A DNA stretch of 64,000 bases, from assembly GCA_013239625.1 (NCBI GenBank), contig MU053561.1, forward strand, positions 1,180,826 to 1,244,825, written 5' to 3'. A program made the position numbers and the translations under genes. Shown here piece after piece: positions 50,860 to 64,000 of the stretch. The stretch comes from Lama guanicoe (lineage: Eukaryota). The stretch's first letter is position 1. Each line of letters begins with the position of its first letter. The notes below the pieces were generated by a model. That model was not told the DNA's origin and made no database searches. It was given only the letters and a program-made list of their open reading frames with translations.

Positions 50860-53800
50860 AGGTCTTTAATCCATTATGAGTTTATTTTTGTATGTGGTGT
50901 TAGAGAATGTTCTAATTTAATTTTTTTATGTGTAGCTGTCCAGTTTTCCCAACACCACTTATTGGAAGAAACTGCCTTTTCTCCATTGTGTATTCTGTCT
51001 CCTTTGTCATAGATTGGCCATAAGTGCATAAGATTATTTTGGGGCTTTCTATCCTTTCCCTTAATCTGTATATCTGTTTTTGTGCCAGTAACGTGCTGTG
51101 TTGATTACTGCAGTTTTGTGGTATAGGCTGAAGTTAGGGGGTGTGATTCCTCCAGCTCCATTATTCTTTCTTAAGATCAATTTTGGCTATTCAGGGTCTT
51201 TTGTGCTTCCATACAAATTTAAAATTTTTGCTTCAGTTCTGTGAAAAATGTCATTTGTAATTTGATAGAAATTGCATCAAATCTGTAGATTGCTATGGGT
51301 ATTATGGTCATTTTAACAATGCTGATTCTTCCAATCCAAGATCACAGTATATTGTTCCATCTGTGTCACCTTTAATTTCTTTCAACACTGTGTTATAGTT
51401 TTCAGAGCACAGGTCTTTTGCCTCCTAGGGTAGATTTATTCCTAAGTATTTTATTCTTTCTGATGTGATGGTAAATGGGACTGTTTCCTTAATTTCTCTT
51501 TTTGATAGTTCATTGTTAGTGTATAAAAATGCAACCTATTTCTGCATATTGATTTTATATCCTGCAGATTTACCAGATTCATGAGCTCTGGTAGTTTTCT
51601 TGTGGTGTCTTGAGGATTTTTTATGTATAGCATCATGTCATCTGCAAACAGTAAGTTTTACTACTTCTTTTCCAATTTGGATTCCTTTTATTTGCTTTTC
51701 TCCTCTGATGGCTGTGGCTAGGATTCCCAATACTATGTTGAATAAAAGTGGTGAGAGTGGGCATCCTTGTCTTGTTCTTGATCTTAGGGGAAAAGCTTTC
51801 AGCTTTTCACCATTGAGTATGATGTTAGCTGTGGGTTTGTCATATATGGCCTTCATTATGTTGAGGTATGTTCCCTGTATGCTCACTTTCAGGAGAATTT
51901 TTATCAGAAATGGTTGTTGAATTTTATCAAAAGTCCTTTCTGCATCTACTGAGATGATCATATAGTTTTTTATTTTTCAGTTTGTTATTGTGGTGTATCA
52001 CATTGATTTGTGGATATTGAAAAATCCTTGCATCCCTGGGATAAATCCCACTTGATGATGGTGTATGGTCCTTTTAATGTATTGTTGAGTTCGATTTGCT
52101 AGTATTTTGTTGAGGATTTTTGCATCTATGTTCATCAGTGATATTGGCCTGTGATTTTCTTTTTTGTGATATCTCTTCCTGGTTCTGGTGTCAGGGTGAT
52201 GGTGGCCTCATAGAATGAATTCAGTGTGTTCAGAAGTGTTCCTTTCTCCACAATTTTTGGAATAGTTTCAGAAGGGTAAGTGTTAACCCTGTTCATAATG
52301 TTTAATAGTCTTCTGTGAAGCCATTTGGTCATGGACTTTTGGTTTGGGGGAGTTTTTAAATTACTGATTCGATTTTAATACTGATAAGTGGTCTGTTCGT
52401 ATTTTCTTTCTTCCTGATTCAGTCTTGGGAGATTGTACCTTTATAAGAATTTGTCCATTTTATTGGCAAACAGTTGCTCATAGTAGTCTCTTACGATCCT
52501 TTGTATTTCTGTGGTGTCAGTTGTAACTTCTCCTTTTATCATTTCTGATTTTTTTTTATTTGGGCCCTCCCTTTTTTTCTGGATGAGTCTGGCTAAAGAT
52601 TTATCAATTTCATTTGTCTTTTCAAAGAAGTAGCTTTTAGTTTCATTGACCTTTCCTTTTATTTTTAGTCTCTATTTCATTTATTTCTGCTTTGATCTTT
52701 ATGATTTCTCTCCTACTAACTTTGGGTTTTGTGTGTTCTTTTCTCCAGTTGCTTTAGGTCTAAGTTTAGGTTTGAGATTTTTCTTGTTTCTTGAGGTAAG
52801 TTTGTAGAATTGCTTTTGCTTCGTCCCATAGGTTTTAGGTTGTCATGTCTTCATTTTCATTTGTCTCTGGGTATTTTTCAATTTCCTCTTTGATGTCTTC
52901 GGTGATTCATTGACTGTTTAGTAGCATATTACTTACTCTCCATGTGTTTGTGGTTCTTGTACTTTTTTCTTGTTGAAGTTGATTTCTAGTCTCATAGCAT
53001 TGTGGTCAGAAAAGATGCTTGATATGATTTAGATTTTCTTACATTTACCAAGACTTGTTTTGTGGCCTAGCGTATGATCTGTCCTGGCAAATATTCCATG
53101 CGTGCTTGTAGAGAATGTGTATTCTGCTGCTTTTGGAGGGGTATGCTCTATAAAAGTATCTACTAAGTCCATTTGGTCTAATGTGTTATTTAAGGCCTAT
53201 GTTTCCTTACTGATTCTCTATCTGGATGATCTATCCATTGATATAGTTGGGTGTTTAATTTCTCTCCTATTACTGTGTTACTGTCAATTTCTCCTTACAT
53301 GTCTGTTAATATTTGCCTTATACATTGAGGTGCTCCTATGTTAGGTCCATATATATTTACAATTGTTATATCACTTTTTTGGATTGATCCGTTGATCATT
53401 ATGTAGTGTCCTTCTTTGTGTTTTATACCATTCTTTATTTTAACGCCTATTTTTTTCTGCTATTAAGTATTGCGACTCAGGTTTTCTTTTGATTTCCATT
53501 TGAGTGGAATGCCTTTTTCCATCCCCTCACTTTCAGTCTGTATGTGTCTCTAGATCTGAAGTGAGTCTCTTGGAGGAAGCTAATATAGGGGTCTTGTTTT
53601 GGTATCCATTTAACCAGTGTCTTTTGGTTGCAACATTAAATCTGTTTACATTTAAGGTGGTTATTGATATGTATGTTCTTATTGCCATTTTGTTGTTTTG
53701 GGTTTATTTTTATAGGTCTTTTCCCTCCCTTTCTTTTGTTCTCTTGTGATTTGATGACTACTTTCAGTGTTATGTTTGGATTCCTCTGTGTGTGTGTGTG

Positions 53801-55425
53801 TCTGTGTGTCTGTGTGTCTGTGTGGGTGGGGTAGACAGATTTTTGGTTCGCGGTTACCATGAGCTTTTGTTATACATATGTGATTGTTTTAAGTTGCTGA
53901 TCTCTTAATTTCAAATGCATTTCAAATACCCTGCATTTGTACTCTCCTCTCCTCGTAATTACTGATTTTGATGTCATATTTACATCTAATTGTTTTGTAT
54001 ATCCCTTAACTGCTTATTGTGGCTACAGGTGATTTTTACTACTTTTGTCTTTTAACTTTCATGTTAGTTTGTGTGTGGATGATTTCCAACCTTTACTGCA
54101 TGCTTGTCTTTACCAGTTAGCTTTTCCATTTTGTAATTTATTTGCAGTTGTGGCCTTTTCTTTTTCACATAGAGAAGTTCCTTTGATATTTGTTGTAAAG
54201 CAGGTTTGGTAGTGCTGAATTCTTTTAGCTTTTGCTTTTCTGAAAGCTTTTGACTTCTCCATCAAATCTGAATGAGAGCCTTGCTGGGTAGAGTACTCTT
54301 GGTTGTAGGTTTTTCCCTTTCATCCTTTAAATATATTATGCCACTCCCTTCTGGCCTGCAGAGTTTCTGGTGAAAAATCAGCTGATAGTCTTATGGGAGT
54401 TCTTTTGTATGTTATTTGTTGCTTTTCCTTGCTACTTTTAGTATTCTCTCTTTATAATTTTTGCTATTTTGATTATAGTGTGTCTTGCTGTGTTCCTCTT
54501 TGGGTTAGTGTTCTATGGGGCACTCTGATCTTCGGTGACTGTTTCCTTTCCCAGGTTAGGGAGGTTTTCAGCAGTTATCACTGCTGAAATATTTTCTTGG
54601 GCAATTTCTCTCTCTCTTCTCCTCCTGGGACCCCTGTAATGCAAATATCAGTGCACTTGATGTCTTAGAGGTCTTTTAACCTGTCCTCATTTCTTTTCAT
54701 TCTTTTTTCTTTTTTCTCTTCAGCAACAGTGTTTTCCACTACTCTGCCTTCCAGCTCACTGATCTGTCCTGAATCATTTAGTCTGCTATTGACTCCTTCC
54801 AGTGTATTATTCATTTCAGTTATTGTATTCTACATCTCAGTTTAGTTCTTTGTATTTTCTGTTTGTTAAAAAACTTCTAACTTCTTGCTCTGTGCATCTG
54901 TTCTCCTCCCAAATTCTTTAATCATCTTTATGATCATTACTGTGGACTCTTTTGGGTAGATTGCATGTCTCCATTTCACTTAGTTCTTCTGGGGTTTTAT
55001 CTTGATCTTTTGTCTGAAACGTAGTCCTTTGATGCCTCATTTTGTCAACGTTTCTATTTGTATTTTTATGTATGTGGTAAGTTAGTTAACATTTTTCAAC
55101 CTTGAAGAAGTGGCCTCTGTAGGAGGCATCATATGGGTCGCAGAAGTGCACTTCCCTCTTGTCACCCAAGCTATATGCTCTAGGGGTTCACCCTAAAAAG
55201 GCTACATGGTTCCTTCTGCTATGGTGAGCTATGTCGGTGGCTTGGCAGGTGTGGTAGACCCATAGTCTGGTTGGTTGCCAGTCCCTGATTTGTGCAGATG
55301 CTGCTGGCTGCTGTTTAGTGGGCCTGGCCATGAGATGGCTGGTTGAGAAATTGTTGGGGGCCCCTGGGCCAGTGCTGATCACTGGTGATTGGAGTCAAGG
55401 TCTCAGTGACTCTGCAACTGTTGCT
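50860..55425 (-). mobile_element. L1 (younger, laurasiatherian/artiodactyl type): ORF2-ORF1-5'UTR, 3' end missing
   Basis: ORF 51638-51961 ([52 protein letters not shown]) is L1 RT; antisense ORF1 motifs GCCACTCCCTTCTGGCCTG..AAATCAGCTGATAG; multiple frameshifts. Confidence 0.95.
53787..53823. repeat. (TG)n/(TGTC) compound microsatellite within L1
   Basis: Read directly. Confidence 0.85.
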
Positions 55426-55429
55426 TAGT

Positions 55430-57770
55430 TTAGAGAAATTAAAAGCAAAAATAAACTTTTACATTTATCAAGATGTTTGCTATGTCTGATGTTCTTTCTG
55501 TCCTGAGCATCCAAGGTTTTGGTTTTTCCCTTCAGTCTGTAAAACATTCCTTAGCATTTCTTGTACTGTGAGTCAACTGGCGATGAGCAATTTCATTTTC
55601 CTTTTATCTGAATGTATTTTTATTTTATCTTCATTCAGAATTTTCCTGGTTATAGAATTTTTGTCTAAGTAACTTTCCCCAGCATTTAAAAGACGTAGTC
55701 TTACTATCTTCTATTTCCATAGTTTTTGATAAGGAATTTCTCCTTATGGATAATAAGCTATCATTTCTCCTTATGTGTAATAAGTCATTTTATTCTGGCC
55801 GCTTTGAAGATCTTCTCTTTATTTTTGGTTTTCATCAGTTTGACATTGTTAGGTATGACTTTCTTTGTATTATCTTGGATAGCTTCTTGTTTGGCTTCTT
55901 GCATCTGTAAATTTGTCTTCCATCAATTTAGACATATATTCAGTCATTATTTTTACATATTTTTCTACTCTATTATCTCTTTTGTTTCTTGGACTATAGT
56001 TACATTTATGATTGTTTGTCACAGGTGGCTGAGGCACTTTTCATTCTTTTTTTTTTTTAATTTTCTTGGCTCTGTCTTTCAAATTTTATAAATTTCTTCA
56101 GATTTGTTTTCAATTCACTGACTCCTTAGGCAGCTTCATTTTGCTTATAAGCTCATCTGGTGAATTTTTAAAATTTCAGATACTTTGCTTTTCAGTTCTG
56201 AATTTTCCATTTGAATATTTTTGTAATTTCTGTTTCCCTGCTGAGATGTTTTCATTTCATCCTTTTCGTTCATGATGAGTATATTTTCCTATACATCCTT
56301 TCACACAATTGTAATAACTCCTGTAAAATTATTTTACATTGATTTGAACTTATGGGTCACCTCTGGGTCACTCTCAGTCAGTTATCTTTTATATTGAGAA
56401 TGGCTCACATTTTTCTGGTTCTTCACATATAAGTCTGGATTATATCTTATACATTGTAAATATTATGGTTTGGAGACTGAAGTATATTTCTTTTAAATGT
56501 TGTGTTTCAAATTTTACTTTATTATTATGCAGTTAGCTTGGTTAGTCTCAAATTTTTAAATTCTGCATTTTGACTGGCAGCTTAAGTTTCAGTTTGGTTC
56601 TTTAATATAAACTTGAGTTGTTTGGAGTCTGCTCTGCACATGGCTTGTTCAGAGTCAGACAGAGTGGTTGCCAGAGTTTATACACTAAATTTGGGGCTTC
56701 CTCTTTCTGGTTCTCTACTTTATGTGATATCAGCCTTACTTTCTAATGGCTGTGGTTACAGCAGTTTCTCTTCTCTGATGGTTCAGCCCAGGAAGATTGT
56801 GAGTTTTCTATCAGAGTTCTTGCTGCTCAGCCAGGTGTCAACCATGGCCCAAACTGCTGGTGAGAACCGTAAAATTGGGTAACTCAATCCTAAAATTTCC
56901 AAGTGTCAACTTCCATCCAGAATCTGTCTGCTGTTTTCACTCTCAAGTGCTTTCAGTTCTTTGTATTTTCCTGTATTTGTCCTGAGTTTATAACTCTTAT
57001 CTGCAGAGGTTGGGTAAGAAAGTGGAACCTTGAGAGCTCTTTTAAAGTTCTCTTTGGCTAATTCTGACACGTCTGTCATTCCTGGGACTATTTCAATTGG
57101 CTGATTTTACTTTTGATTACTGGCCGCATTTCCCTGCTTCTTTGCTTTTTAAGAAATGCTTGTTTGTTGGGCATTTGGGGATGTTTTCTATCTTCCTTTA
57201 AGGAGCTTTTAATTTGGTTCTGTGGCTCTAGGTTTGTCCTCACTTTAGCCTTAATGTAATCTTGCTCTCAAGGTGTAAAGACATTCTGGGGGTATCAAGT
57301 AATGGCTGAAGTGTTTAGCAATATCTTTTCACTCTGGATGGTTACGGCTTCATTTCCCTGCCCTGTGTGATCTCTGGAATATCCATTTAATTCAGAGATC
57401 CCTGATAGTGAATTTCTTCCAGGACTCGCAGAATCTCACCGTGTGCAGTTTTGTATTGAACCAAAGCTTCAGCGGACCTCTGTGCAGATTTCTGGCATTC
57501 CTTTTGTACATGTCACTGCCTTCTACTAATCTTCCCTGCAGATTTCATCTGTGCTAACAACACTGAACTTATTTCTGTTTTCCTGGGACATCTCTTGTGT
57601 GAATTGAAGCTCACGTCACTTACTGTCTTTTTTCAGAGATGACAGTCCCACACTGCATGTTTTTCAATATCTGAAAATTGTTTCAGGTATTTTGTGCATT
57701 TTTATGGCTATCTGTAGTGGAGGGCTAGTCTGATACTAGTTCTTCTGCCACAGCTAGAAGTGGAAGCCCC
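55430..57770 (-). mobile_element. Ancient L1 ORF1/5' fragments
   Basis: TTAGCATTTCTTGTA, GCTTTGAAGAT..TTTTTGGTTTTCATCAGTTTGAC, TCAGTCATTATTT; ends GCTAGAAGTGGAAG. Confidence 0.75.
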
Positions 57771-59677
57771 TGTTTCCACAAAAGCTAAACGGATGCAAAT
57801 TACCAAGTCTTGTCTACAAAGACTCTGACTAAATGTTTGTTCAGGGACCCAAGAGTCTTCATTTAGTAGCCCTCCCCTTTTCATGGTAACTTTGATGTAG
57901 GTAGTTAGAGTCTCATACTGGGATCAAGTTAGGATGAGGGAAACAATACCATCTGAAATTTGTGTTTATTGTAATTAAAGTCAGATTGGAGGGTAAATGT
58001 CAGCATGGCCACAACTTGAGTAATTCAGATGAAATCAATAAAAATAGGCCAGCAATAGGACACATACAAGTCTTAGAGATTGGCAGGGGTCTGATTAGAA
58101 TCTGGAACCACAGAAATAAAAATGCTGTTTGACATATTAACTGGGAGTAACTGAAAACAGAAGAGGAGAATCTTCTTGCCAGATGGGGAAGATGCTGGTA
58201 GATGCACAGATTAAGGAGGCTTTGTTCTAACTTTTGTCTCTGGCCACTCACAGCATAGCCCCTGAGTGCAAACTAAAAGCCAGAGAGACGTGTATCCCCT
58301 CTGACCTCTGGTGCCACATTTCTCATTGCAAAACTTTGCAGCCAAGTATTCCTCAGGCACTCTGGGTTCTTCTAAGAAGAGCTGCCCTGCTTCCTGGCAG
58401 ATACTACTGTTTATGTCAACCTGTTCTCAAGAGCTGTCTGAAAGAGCGAAGGGATTTACTGCTCAAAGGAGATGAAAGATTGGAAGAGGCCAAAGATCTT
58501 AACTCAGAGAGAACCCATTAAAGATATTTTGCCTTGTCAGAGACTGTCTACCTACCAACTCTGCAAAAAGTAACATCTAAAAACAGGGATTTATTTAAAA
58601 AGAAAAAAAAAAACAAAACCCAGAATGGCAGATAAGAAGGCATTAGTAAAATTTTATTTTCCTCTAAAGGTACAGATAGAATTCACATACCCATGTCGAC
58701 TATCATGCAATAATTTTCTTCCCAGCCCTAGCTTTACCATTCCTTACTGAGTTAATTTTTCACAGTAACTGATTTCCTAGATACTTGATTCGGTTGAGAG
58801 TTCCACCTTCCCTTAAAGTCGCCCTACCCAACCATAACTTATTCTTGGAAGACAAAGTCGAAAGGCAGATCCTCAAAAATCTCTTCTTTAAAACAGCAAA
58901 CAAGGTCTACTTCTGCTTATCTATAGCTCCAGAGATGAACAATCAAGTTAATTATTGCCGTAGCAATCAAGGCCCTCTGATTTCACGGTTTTCTTAGTCC
59001 CAGAAGAGCCATTTCTCTATACATCGTTGTCCCGTAAACTGCTCATATCAGATGCCAGAAATGCTGGCATTACAGTTCCGTATAGCACCCCACCACAAAC
59101 CCTGCCTTAAAATACAGCTGCCAAACTTCACAAAGGGGGGAAGAAGAAGAGAAAGGGGGGTGGTGCTGCCATGAAGAGTCACAAATGAAAGTATCAGCCA
59201 GCTTTAAAGCCATCAAATTATCTCCTTAGCTCAAACTGCCAGCCTCTGTCAAGGAGTGACATGGTGTTTGCTGATGTGTTGAAAGCAGCACTGCGATGAA
59301 AGGAAGATAGTGCCCTTATCCAGCTGAAACTCTGAACTGGATACCCCATAGGAGTTTTGTATACAGTCTTTGACTCACCACGATAAAGACTGGCTGCTGA
59401 CAGCTCCTCAACTTTGACTTCTGGCCCAAACTCCAACACTCGGCTTTCTTTTTTCCTGTCCTCTAAATTCTCCCATCTTTTCTTTTTAACACTTCTTCCA
59501 CTCACCATTTAGAAAGTTTTTTCTGGGCCTGAAGGCAGCCCTTACCCTCAAGTAGTACGAGTCCACTGGCTCACTTGCCAAAGTGTGTTGTGTATCTTTA
59601 GCCCTACTATCTGTTGATCACTCTGCTGGATGCTAGATGTACAGAAGTAAAGAGAATGGTTGCTGTCTTCATGGAGA

Positions 59678-59862
59678 ACTTCAAAAATATGTTCTTAGGG
59701 CCACCTACATCAGGATTACTTGGGGAAGTTTGTTAAAAATGCAGATTTCTGGGTCCCAACTAAGATTTATTGAGTGGACATTGATGAAGTTAGGTGCAAG
59801 AATCCACATTTTAAATGAGCTTCTCAGGTGGTTCTTAAGCACACTGCAGTTTGAGAGCCACT
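59678..59862. mobile_element. MER5A within an L2 fragment (~59600-60080)
   Basis: TTGTTAAAAATGCAGATTTCTGGGTCCCA..AAGAATCCACATTTTAA..AGTTTGAGAGCCACT. Confidence 0.85.
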
Positions 59863-60809
59863 AGTAAACATGCAAATATGGAATTAAAATTGATAATAAA
59901 GAACCTAAAAATAGAATGACATGGGGAAGGCAAATTTACATTGAGACACATGGGTTTCAAAGGGCCTGAAGACGTGACATTTAAGCTGAGACTTGAGAAA
60001 TAGGTAGAATTGTTCAGGTGAAGAATAGGGGGAAAAACCCATTTTTCAAGCAGGGAGAAAACATATGAAATTCTCAAAGTGATAATATTGATGTTTTTCC
60101 TAGCCCTTTTACATGCCTAGTTCTTTTCCTAAAGATAATATCAGCATGTAAAGATATGCATCCTTTAATCTGTGTTTAACTCCTCTGCTTTGTCCCTAAG
60201 CCTAAATTTTTTCCTGCTAGGATGTGAGTTATATTAGGAAATTTTATCTGATTTAAGCTTTACAAAACCAAAACTAGTGAACCTGAGTTTATAAACTTTT
60301 ATAAGGTCAGAATTCAAAACGAATATTTATTTTCAAGTCACCTGCCATCTCATCCTCTTTCCTTTCTCAGTGATGAACTTGGTATGTAAGCATGCTGAGT
60401 TAAAATAAAAATGACCAAGTACTGTCTGCTCTACAGTTTGCAGAGACACATGTGTGTTTGTATGTCAGAATTGTGAATAAAATGTTGATAGTTACATGTG
60501 AGGGGAGTATTTTATGTAAAAATTCCTGATGATCAATTTCCAGACAGATCCATTTCAGGTATAAATTTCACACAGACGGAACCCTATAGAGATTTTGGAA
60601 ATTCTAAGAAAAGTCCAGTGAGCTATTGAACTAAATGTTTGTGAAGACAAGTTAGCAGTCTGGCAAATAGTGCTCATTCTGATCTTGTGATTCATAAACT
60701 ACAGATCAGGCTCTTTGAACCTATAGAGAATGTATCATTCATACTATTTTGCAAAGGAATAAGGGATTCTAGAAATTTATTTATGACACAGGGGCTTCTG
60801 CAGTCATCT

Positions 60810-63752
60810 ACAGTGATAAGGTAGAAATCACACTGTTATTATTTGTAAATAGTATACTTATATACTTAGAAAATGCAGAAGAATCTACAAGTAAGTGAGT
60901 AGAATTAATAAATGAGTTCAACAAGATTGTTGGAAGCAAGGTCAGTATATAAAAATCAGTTTGTATTTCCATGTACTAATGAAAAGCAATTTGAAAATAA
61001 CAGTAACATCAAACACTGAAAACATGGACCATATCTAATACAAGATGTGAAAGACCACATTATTAAATTATAACACATCATTGAGAGGAATTAAAGGAGA
61101 CTTAAATTAATGGAGGGATATATCATATTTATGGACTGGAATCTAATTTTTCAGAACTGATGATTGTATGGCACTTTAGTCTCAAAAAACAACATATCCC
61201 AAACAAGATAAATAAAAATATATCCATTCCTAGATGTATCATGGTGATGCAGATCGCTAAAGGAAATAGATGATCTTAAAAGTATCAGAGAGAAAAACAG
61301 ATTTCTTGCAACAGAATGACACTTAGGCTGATATCTGACTCCCAAGAGGAAGAATGGAATCCAGGAAACTAGGGAATAATATGTGGAAAATGCTGAAACA
61401 AAGAAACTGTTGACCTAGAATTATATTACCAGTGAACTATCCTTCAAGAATTCACACATAATAAAGACATTTTCAAATAAAAAAAATAACTGGAAGCACT
61501 TATTACTAATGAAAGTTTTGAAGGATGTTATTCATGAAGATAGTCTCAGAAGGAATGTCTGAGATATAAAAGAAACTATGAAAAATAAATTGCTAAACAT
61601 ATATAAAGATAAGTAAAAAATAAAACTGAAGGACTGAAATTACTAAGAGTTATAAAATAAGAGGATTGAAAAACTAATATATCAGGCAGCAATTACAGTG
61701 TGCAATCACCGTTTGTGTTGTTTAGAGAGGGGATAGTATACTAATTAGGTTTCCACTTTGTTATGTGTAATCCATCTGTTTAAAATTCCAAGGATAACTG
61801 CTAAGAAAATAGAAAAAGTAAATAATGTCCAAACCAAAAGAGGAGAAAACTAAAGAAACAGACATAAAACCTCAGTCAATTCAAAAGAATGCATGAAAGG
61901 AGAAGTAAAAACAAAAACAAAAACAAAAGAAAGTACAGAATAAGTTGGTAAAATAATCCAAATATATCACAACAAATGTTAATTGCTAAAATACTCAGTT
62001 AAAAATAACAAAATCCATATATATGCTATTTAAAAGAGAAACACTAGACATGGAAGCAATCCAAATGCCTATCAGATGATTGGATTAAGAAGATGTGATA
62101 CACAATGGAATATCACTCAGCCATAAAAAAGAATAAAACACTGCCATTTGCAGCAACATAGATGGACCTAGAGAATATTATGCTTAGTGAATAAGTCTGA
62201 CAGGGAAAAGCAAATAATTGTATGATGTCATTTATATGTGGAATCTAAAAAGTGATACAAATGAATATATATGCAAAACAGAAACAGACTCACAGATATA
62301 GAAAACAAACTTGTGGTTACCAAAGAGGAGAACGAAGGAGGAGGGATAAATTAGGGGTATGGAATTAATAGATACAAGCTATTATATGTAAACTGGATAT
62401 ACTGCAAAGAACATGGAATTATACCCATTATCTTGTAATAACCTATAATGGAGTATAGTCTGGATAAATACTGAATCACTACACTGTACACCTGAAACTA
62501 CAAACATTGTGCAATGCTGTAAAAATATTGTACAAACATTGTAAATCATGTATACTTCAATTAAAAAATTTAAAAATAATATTAAAAAAAAACACTAAAA
62601 GTGTAAAGACCAAAAAAGATATTGAAAATAAAATTATGATTAAAAAAATGGTAAGATAATACTTAAATAAACTGTTATAGCTATATTAATATGAGACAAA
62701 CACATTTTAAGGAAAAATATGATCAAGAACAAAGAGGGTCACTTCAAAATGATAAAACAGATGCAACCATTCTAAACTGGTAAAGGTAAGAACGTAACTT
62801 CAAAACAGATCAAGTAGAAATAGAAAGAGTACTGGACAAATCCACTCCTCTGAGCGACAACAATAAAAAGTTAAGAAGGCAAATATAATGATTTAGAAGG
62901 TCTGAAAAAGACAATAAACAATTTATGTAAGGAATACATATAGAAACTTCCACTCCACATTTTGAGAATATAGTTTCTCAAGAACATAATTATTTTTATG
63001 AAAATTCACGAGGTACCAGTGACAAAGCAATTCTCAGTAAATTTCAAAGAACTGATATCAAATAGACTTTTTTCCTTTGACAATAATGACATTAATGACA
63101 ACGAAGATATACTGAAGAACAAAACTTGTGGGATGCAGTGAAAATACTACTCATAGGGAAATTTCTAGCCTTAAATGCTTGTATTAGAAGAGAAAAAATG
63201 ACTGAAAGAATGAGCTAAATACAAAATTAAGAAGTTAGACAAAGAACAATAGAAAGAATTCAAATACAAAGAAAGACAAAAATGTAAGTAATGAGAGGGA
63301 AAAAAAATAATGAAATAGAAAATGAAGATACAATAATCAACAAAGACAAACATTACTTTGAGGAAGCTAATAAGGTAGCTCTCCTGCAAGATTGAGGAAG
63401 AAAAAATGTTAAGCCACAAATAGCTAATTTTAATATGGGTGAAACTCACAGACGTTGAATAGAAGAAAGAAAGAAATCATGGAATACAAAAGTTCAAAAT
63501 ATATATATACATAAACAATATTATTTGTGTGCAAGTATGTATGTGATAAAGCTTTAAAGAAGAGCAATGGAATGATAAGCACAAAGTGATGAGCAGTGTT
63601 TCCCTTTGTGGGGAAATAGAATAAGAGGGTGTTCCAAAGTGACTTTGAATCCATAGATTTGGTCTGTTTCTTAAAATGGATGATAGGTATTCAAGGATTA
63701 ATTGCACTACTTGCATTTCTTTTAATGTGTGAAGTATTTTATAATAAATTAA
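60810..63752 (+). mobile_element. Ancient L1 fragments (RT piece, then ORF1-ORF2-3'UTR, L1ME-like)
   Basis: TAGAATTAATAAATGAGTTCAACAAG, CCTAGAATTATA..CTATCCTTCAAGAAT, TGTGGGATGCAG..AGGGAAATTT..TTAAATGC; L1ME-like tail ending at ~63750. Confidence 0.8.
62047..62589 (+). mobile_element. Younger truncated L1 3' end nested in old L1
   Basis: ACATGGAAGCAATCCAAATG..CACTCAGCCATAAAAAAGAAT..TGTACACCTGAAACTA..poly(A); TSD AAACACTA at 62039-62046 and 62590-62597. Confidence 0.92.
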
Positions 63753-64000
63753 ACATTCTCTTTGTCGCTTATTCTTGCAATATTGTATCCCTTCAACTGT
63801 CTCATTCTTTACCATTTTTTGATCTCATCACAATCTCTAGCTCTACAAATCTTACCTTCTCTCTAACTCTAAGCTCTTATTTCCCTTCGCATCAAACCTT
63901 GCTTGTGTTCCTTCCCAACCTAGCCTAGCCCTCCTGATGGATACCTTCATTCACATCCTTGTAGCTGTCTCAGGCTGCTGAACCCCTTATCCTTCTACCA

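Noticed and set aside
51451..52332. Reverse transcriptase ORFs as a functional gene or novel retroelement system
   Set aside because: Ordinary L1 ORF2, broken by stops and frameshifts
1..64000. CRISPR arrays, operons or prokaryotic defence systems
   Set aside because: The sequence is clearly mammalian; there are no regularly spaced repeats and no ORF longer than 131 aa

Overview
Mammalian non-coding genomic DNA (intronic or intergenic), most likely from a camelid (Camelus/Vicugna/Lama), judged from a Vic-1-type tRNA-derived SINE at ~20.6 kb and cetartiodactyl-type ERV1 solo LTRs and L1 3' ends. Roughly half of the window is decayed transposable elements: L1, L2, MIR, MaLR/ERVL/ERV1 LTRs, and hAT and Tigger DNA transposons. 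It includes a ~15.6 kb stack of mostly antisense, nested L1s at ~42.1-57.8 kb. I recognise no intact protein-coding gene; the only ORFs with recognisable homology are broken L1 ORF2 fragments. The most notable non-TE items are: a 172-bp near-perfect direct duplication (36028-36199 / 37553-37724) bracketing a 229-nt minus-strand candidate exon; a CpG/NF-kB-like promoter or exon candidate at ~13 kb; a CTCF-like motif at 21.2 kb; a small CpG-rich patch at 29.1-29.45 kb; and several clean insertion or rearrangement junctions. I found no evidence for a novel multi-gene biological system. Repeat family names come from recalled consensus sequences, not from a search, and most TE boundaries are approximate.
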